Made by a program: the position numbers and the translations under genes. Positions 58,735 through 64,000 of a stretch of DNA of 64,000 bases are shown here, one piece after another (positions within the stretch are counted from its first letter, which is position 1; every line of letters starts with the position of its first letter). The stretch comes from Mantamonas sphyraenae STR306 (Eukaryota; Protista; CRuMs), in contig JAPMXV010000030.1 of NCBI GenBank assembly GCA_026936335.1, forward strand, positions 372,001 to 436,000. The letters are read 5' to 3'. The notes under the pieces are model-generated. The model searched no databases. It saw only the letters and a list, made by a program, of their open reading frames with translations, and was not told where the DNA came from.

Positions 58735-61700
58735 ATGAACAGCACGCTCACGCGTTTCATGGCAACCCAACTTCCAAAACCTCTTTCTTGCCCCACCATG
58801 CACACCCGGCTCCCTCGCATGGGACGCCGTGGGTCCGATCTGGGCACTTTGTCGGCGATGTCATCGTGGAACACAGACCTGCACAAAGACTCCAAGTCGG
58901 CGGTGGAGGGGGCGTTGATGGAGAGTCGCAAGAAGCGGTCGCCACGCACCAAGCCATCGCTGACAGTGATCACCAGCCACACGGCCAGTGGTAGGCAGCC
59001 GTCCAACAAAAGCGTACAGCGCGTCAGCAGCCGCACCACAGGCATCCCGTCCCCGAGCGACTCGGCCAAAGGTTGGAACACCAAACGGTCAACATCTTCC
59101 CTGTCCCTGCTGGGGCCCAAGAGTGCCTCGCCACACAGCAACAACACACCCAAGACCGAGTTGAACCTGTCCTCCGTCGTGGTCAACACTCCTCCCGCAC
59201 CCAAACCACGTCCAAACGCAAAGAACAGCAACGCAAACGTGGCGGGCGCTGCTGCTGCAGGAAGCGGCGGCCGAAAAGGTTCGCTACGCAAGTCCATTTC
59301 CACCCACGCCCCACGTCCCAACGCAGCCCAGATGCGAGCCACAAGCCGCAAGGCGTCGCTGTTGCGCATCGAACGCCGCAGCATGGTGCTCCCGTCGGAG
59401 AAGCAGCTGTTGCGTGCGGAATCGTCGTCCTCAAGCGAGTCGGACGAAGCACGAGAAGGCTCCACGGAAGACCTGGACGACGACGCCGACGAGGAATTGG
59501 CACGAAACACAGCACTGAACAAGGAAGGCCATGGCATGGGGGAACGCAAGACAGCGCCGCCACCGCCGCCTCCACCTCGTCCCAAGACGAAGGAGGAGCT
59601 GGAAGAGGAGAATCTGGAGCTGTACGAGGAACACAGTTTGGCACGGAGGTACCGCAAGACGGTGCTTAGTTCCCACCAGCGACGTCTGCTGGGCAAAGTG
59701 GAGGAGCAGATCCATGAGCGAATGATGAGTTCGTTGATGAACAGCCACAATGGCACAAACACACGCTCCATCCTCGCCCTGAGCACAGGTGACACGGCAA
59801 GGGCCATGCAAGAGGCCGAGCCCAGCGCACGCGAGAAACTCAGCCAGACACTGGCCGATGCTCCTTTGCTGTATGCCACGGGTGATTTGATGACATACAA
59901 TGGTGCCCCTGGCGTGCTGGCAACCGACGACCCGCCAGCCACCACCAGTGCCCTCACTGCCTCTGGCACCAGTGCAGGAATGGGTGCCATGGGTGCCTCG
60001 TCGACTGCAACGTCGTCTGGTGGCGTCATCAACACGGCGGCCACGGGTGAATCCATGACGTGGGAGAGCGCAGTGCGACCCACGCGACGGCCGGACAACG
60101 CCTCCCCGTTGGACTATTCCGTCAAGTACTTTATCAACGGCGAGCAGATCCGAGTGGTGAACTACCAAGCACGCGTATACTGTGTGCTGGTGGACGTGCT
60201 GCAGTTTCTGCAGATTCCAGGCGATGCAAACGAGATTGCCGCGGGCCTGCCGGACGCGGAGAAGCGACTGCTGCGCATCTTTGCCAACCAGGGTCTCAGT
60301 GTCGTCACGTGTGTGGACAGCGCCGCCCTGTTTCGCTTGGTGCTGCGTTCGCGACGCAAACAGCGCCTCAAGACAAAGGAAACCGACGACGACGAGACAA
60401 AGGCGGATCTGGACGCCGTGGGAGACGTGGACAGCCATGGAAACGTGCACATTCGTCACGCGTCCAAGAACCGTCCGTTGCTGAACAACCTGAACGACGA
60501 GTTTTACGTGATCAACGAGTTCCACACCTGGATCTCGGCCATTCGGTACAAGGAACGCGGGGTGGACAGCAAGCAAACGTCGATTAGTTCGTACAAGGAA
60601 CATGCGATTGAAAAGCAGCAGCCAAGCAAGCCCGACGGCGTGGAGCAGTTTGAGGCCGAGGCGGAGGTGGCCATGCGCGACTTTGAAAACGCCCTGTCGC
60701 CCAACGGATGGGAACCGACGGGCAAGAACCACACGGTGAACGTGCAGCGACGCTCGCTGACACCCAATGAGTTTGTGTGCATCAAGGCGACGAGTACGGT
60801 GCGGTGCAGTGCGCTGGAGTTTTTCGATGCCGTGTGGAATCTGGACAAGCACAGGCAGTGGGACAATATGTTTGTGCAGGGCAACACAGTGGTGGAAATC
60901 AACAAGCACATCCAGGTGGTACGCACGGTGTATCGCATCCCGTACCCATACTCGCCGAATCCGCAGAAGAACCGAGAGTTCTGTGTGCTGCGCACGTTCC
61001 ATCGCGACAAGAAAGACGGCACAATCATGATTGCAGAACGGTCCATCCTGCACGACAAGGCACCTTCGCCCATCGAACGGCTGAACAAGCTGCATCGATA
61101 CAAACGCAGCGACCCCAAGTGGATTGCCCTCAAGGCGGAACGCAAACGCCGCGAGGAGGCACACACGCTGGCCAAGCGCCAAATCAAGGAGCAGCACAAG
61201 CATATGGACGAAGAGGCACAGAAGAAACAGTTGGAAGCGAGTGTGGTGACTGCGCTGATGGCACGGTCTGCTTCAGGAGCCGTTCGCACGCCGCCACACA
61301 CGCCGCCTGGTTCACCGGGGGCTTCGCAGCACGATGATGCTCTGCAACGCATGCTGGGCAAGATGGCAACGCAGGCAGCAGTGATGTCGGGATCACGCGG
61401 AAGCAGTGATCACGACGACAGCAGCGACGACGAGCTGGGTAGGGTGCGCACAACACGTCGCACACGCACACGCAGTGTGAAGAAGGCAGCGTTGGAGCAG
61501 CAATTGTTGTCACGGCTGCAGGGCACGGCAGGGTCCGTGGACGAGGTTGAGGAAAGCGACGAGGCCATGGCGGATGCGTTGGACATGCTGACGACACAGC
61601 AGTTGGAGGATGAAGAGTGGTCTGAGACAGAGACCCCCGAGTACGAGGGACAGGTCACGGGTGCGGGGGAAGACATGGAGATGGAGGAGATACAGCGGGA

Positions 61701-62574
61701 ACGTGCGGAACGCATGCGTACATTTGAACTGCAACGCATGTCACTGGAGCGTCAACGCAACCTGATCATGACAGAGACGGAGAGCACAAGCACAGAGTAC
61801 GGTGACTTGGGATCACCTGCAGCAGGGGCAGATCTGCGCATGCGTGTGTTGAGCGGCGCCGGCGCCGGCGGTGGCACGAACAACCACAACAAGACCAGTG
61901 GAAGCAGTGGCAGCAGCGGCAGCAGCGGTAGTGGCAGGGTGGGTGGTGGGTTGGGGTTGGATGACTCGCTGATGAGCGTGGACACAGAGACGATGGTGGG
62001 CATGCACGGAGACGGATCACTGGGAGTGGAATCGGGAGAAAGCGCAGACACGACGTCGCAGGAAGGCAAGGAAGAAGGCGGTGGTGGCAGTAAGAGGACA
62101 GGAAGGAAGAAGAAGTTGAAGCTGAGCGAGGTGATGCGACGTCGCAAACGGTACCCGCAGCACAGGCGACGCAAGGCCAAGACCAAGAAGGACAGCAAGA
62201 GCATGACAGAGCTCATGGTGGAGACGGATGTGAAACACGAGGTGCACAAGTTGTTTATGCTTGTGCGTGGCGAGGTGTACTCGTCGGGATATGTGATTCG
62301 TCCGGGCCAGGACAAGAAGCACTGCCACGTGACGTATGTGAACCAGAGCAACATGCGGTTCAACATCCCCTTTTACGTGCGCAAGATGTACGAGGACACA
62401 CGGCCGCTGATCCTGCGTGACATTGAGAACTATGTGCGTCGGGAAGCCGCAGAACGACGCCAGGAACGCAGCAGCACGCAGTTGGAACGTCACACGCTGG
62501 TCACCAACGACAACTTTGAGCGTGTGCAACAGGAGGAGGAAGAGCGCGTGTTTGCCATGGGCGGCGGCAGGTGA
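58735..62574 (+). CDS. Large protein with a BRO-N-like domain and a split START lipid-binding domain; probably continues to 63528 past a frame break near 62560
   Basis: START: GW...HRQWD.MF...VVEI...REFCVLR...AERSILHDKAP // VRGEVYSSGYVIRP...CHVTYV; BRO-N-like at about 60130-60535. Confidence 0.8.
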   Translation: MNSTLTRFMATQLPKPLSCPTMHTRLPRMGRRGSDLGTLSAMSSWNTDLHKDSKSAVEGALMESRKKRSPRTKPSLTVITSHTASGRQPSNKSVQRVSSRTTGIPSPSDSAKGWNTKRSTSSLSLLGPKSASPHSNNTPKTELNLSSVVVNTPPAPKPRPNAKNSNANVAGAAAAGSGGRKGSLRKSISTHAPRPNAAQMRATSRKASLLRIERRSMVLPSEKQLLRAESSSSSESDEAREGSTEDLDDDADEELARNTALNKEGHGMGERKTAPPPPPPPRPKTKEELEEENLELYEEHSLARRYRKTVLSSHQRRLLGKVEEQIHERMMSSLMNSHNGTNTRSILALSTGDTARAMQEAEPSAREKLSQTLADAPLLYATGDLMTYNGAPGVLATDDPPATTSALTASGTSAGMGAMGASSTATSSGGVINTAATGESMTWESAVRPTRRPDNASPLDYSVKYFINGEQIRVVNYQARVYCVLVDVLQFLQIPGDANEIAAGLPDAEKRLLRIFANQGLSVVTCVDSAALFRLVLRSRRKQRLKTKETDDDETKADLDAVGDVDSHGNVHIRHASKNRPLLNNLNDEFYVINEFHTWISAIRYKERGVDSKQTSISSYKEHAIEKQQPSKPDGVEQFEAEAEVAMRDFENALSPNGWEPTGKNHTVNVQRRSLTPNEFVCIKATSTVRCSALEFFDAVWNLDKHRQWDNMFVQGNTVVEINKHIQVVRTVYRIPYPYSPNPQKNREFCVLRTFHRDKKDGTIMIAERSILHDKAPSPIERLNKLHRYKRSDPKWIALKAERKRREEAHTLAKRQIKEQHKHMDEEAQKKQLEASVVTALMARSASGAVRTPPHTPPGSPGASQHDDALQRMLGKMATQAAVMSGSRGSSDHDDSSDDELGRVRTTRRTRTRSVKKAALEQQLLSRLQGTAGSVDEVEESDEAMADALDMLTTQQLEDEEWSETETPEYEGQVTGAGEDMEMEEIQRERAERMRTFELQRMSLERQRNLIMTETESTSTEYGDLGSPAAGADLRMRVLSGAGAGGGTNNHNKTSGSSGSSGSSGSGRVGGGLGLDDSLMSVDTETMVGMHGDGSLGVESGESADTTSQEGKEEGGGGSKRTGRKKKLKLSEVMRRRKRYPQHRRRKAKTKKDSKSMTELMVETDVKHEVHKLFMLVRGEVYSSGYVIRPGQDKKHCHVTYVNQSNMRFNIPFYVRKMYEDTRPLILRDIENYVRREAAERRQERSSTQLERHTLVTNDNFERVQQEEEERVFAMGGGR

Positions 62575-62578
62575 GTCA

Positions 62579-63528
62579 ATGGATTTGGATATCAGCTCAA
62601 GCAGTGTGAGTAGTCGTGGTGACAGTGGCAGCGGCACTCGGGATCAAGAGTCGTTGGACACATCGTCATCGTCGTCAGAGACATTCAGTAGTTTCTTGGA
62701 GCGTGGGGCAGGGCGAAGGCCGCAAATGCTGCCCGACTTTGGCAGCGCACGAAAACGGCACCTGGACTCGGATAGCGAGGGCAGCGTGGGTGAGGGCGGA
62801 GACAGCGACGACAGCGATGACGATGGGTTTGTCAACCCGCGTGAGGGACCCATTGAAAGCAATGAGCTGGTGTACGAGCGTGTTCGGCAAGGATTGGGCA
62901 AAGGTAAGGTTCTGGCGAAAAGACACCGCCACACACACACTGCACCTCAGCACACAGCAAGCAAAGGGATGCACAGGCTGACATTGTGCATGAGGACTCC
63001 ATGGATGTGTGCACAGCGGACTTTTTCGCCAGAAACAAGGCGGTGCCTCACTACAAGACACGTGTGGGTGGCAACTTTCAGGTCGATGCACTGCCAGATC
63101 CGATGGCAGAGGTGGAGGAAGAGGAGGAAGAGGAGGAGGAGCAAGAAGACAGTACACGGAGGAGGACACAGGTGGAGGAGGATGACACAGCAGGAGTAGA
63201 TAGGAAGGGCAAGGCAAAGGAGACGGAGAAGCCGCCGCCGCCTGGCTTTGTGTACAAGACCAAGATGGTGCATGGACGAGAGGTGCGGTACCTGAGCGAA
63301 GCACGGAGAGGTGGGTTTGAAACGGAGGAGAGTGCACAAGAGGTTGTGGACGCGGTGCTGGTGGAGCAATTGGCACGCGAAGTGGAGATGGAGGAACAGC
63401 ATACCAGCATTGCCAAAATCATCGGCGACGAGATTGTCACCGAGGAAGAGTACCAGCAGGAGCGCAGGGCGTTCCGACTGCCACTCAAGAAGCGGTACAG
63501 GCAGGAGAGCGGATCAAGCACCAACTGA
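62579..63528 (+). CDS. Acidic segment with ELM2-like motif; exons 62579-62903, 63016-63528; likely the C-terminus of the START protein
   Basis: Intron GTAAGG...GCACAG in phase 1; KTRVGGNFQVDALP; this frame is open upstream across the START stop. Confidence 0.6.
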
Positions 63529-63543
63529 AGATGCAACGCCGCT

Positions 63544-64000
63544 TCATTCCTTCACGGGCAGGGTCAGCATGGCGTGGTGGATACTCTCACTGCGCAGATT
63601 GTACTGCGAGATCATCGAGGCGCCGTATGCACCTGCAGTGCCGATGAGGATGACGTCGCCCGGGTCGCATTCGGGGAGCGGGCGTTCGGTGCCAAACACA
63701 TCTCCCGATTCGCAGACGTTGCCGACGACGTTGGCCAGCATGGTGGCGGTCTCGTCGGCCTTGGACAGGTTGACAATTTCGTGAAAGGCGCCGTAGAGGG
63801 CCGGGCGGATGAGAGCATACATACCTGCGTTGATGCCCACGTAGTTGATTTCATACTTGCGCTTGGTCTGGGTCACCTTGGCCAGCAGTACACCCGAGGT
63901 GGCCACAAGGTAGCGCCCGGGTTCCAACCACAGCTCCACGTCGGGATAGGCCTGTGCAAATGCCTCCAGGCTCTCCTCGACGGCGTGCAAATCCAGGTCT
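63544..64000 (-). CDS. lysA: Diaminopimelate decarboxylase, C-terminal part (truncated by the window)
   Basis: EPGRYLVA, GM..LIRPALYGA.H, VVGNVCESGD, AGAYG.SM.S.YN.R. Confidence 0.9.
   Translation of the reverse strand, partial: DLDLHAVEESLEAFAQAYPDVELWLEPGRYLVATSGVLLAKVTQTKRKYEINYVGINAGMYALIRPALYGAFHEIVNLSKADETATMLANVVGNVCESGDVFGTERPLPECDPGDVILIGTAGAYGASMISQYNLRSESIHHAMLTLPVKE

Noticed and set aside
1-64000. Many long antisense or alternate-frame ORFs (e.g. 1272-3056, 46048-47916, 48733-50595, 35650-37269)
   Set aside because: Shadow ORFs from GC-rich biased codon usage opposite recognisable genes; no motifs of their own
1-64000. CRISPR arrays, prokaryotic defence operons, transposons, tRNA/rRNA
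   Set aside because: No repeat-spacer structure, transposase/RT/integrase motifs or recognisable RNA genes seen; spliceosomal introns show the DNA is eukaryotic

Overview
This is eukaryotic nuclear DNA, not prokaryotic. It looks like a very gene-dense protist genome (lineage not determinable from the sequence) with about 31 protein-coding loci, short GT-AG introns rich in (CA)/(GT) repeats, and spacers often under 100 bp. Housekeeping genes recognised by motif: ABCF, NOT3, V-ATPase c, TVP23, mitochondrial L12, FAHD1, VMA21, POLR1D, NEK6/7, ERD2, BCKDH E1-alpha, carnitine carrier, ZFPL1, RhoGDI, QCR8 and lysA. The most interesting signals are unusual multidomain architectures. (1) An attractin/MEGF8-like ectodomain (CUB-EGF-Kelch-PSI) is fused through a TM helix to its own RING-H2 ligase, head-to-head with a small 4-TM gene. 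(2) A GH84 O-GlcNAcase with an apparently intact GNAT overlaps, and is probably fused to, a GCKR/MurQ-like double-SIS protein, a candidate amino-sugar or peptidoglycan salvage and sensing module. (3) A calcineurin-A-like phosphatase carries an N-terminal ubiquitin-like domain and an FHA domain. (4) A phage/virus-type BRO-N-like domain is joined to a split START domain. (5) A SCYL3-like pseudokinase has an acidic GW/LDALL repeat tail and two UBZ fingers. About 11 single-base frame breaks fall mostly in homopolymers or repeats; these are most likely long-read indel errors and they affect several gene models. All assignments come from reading motifs by eye; no database search was run.
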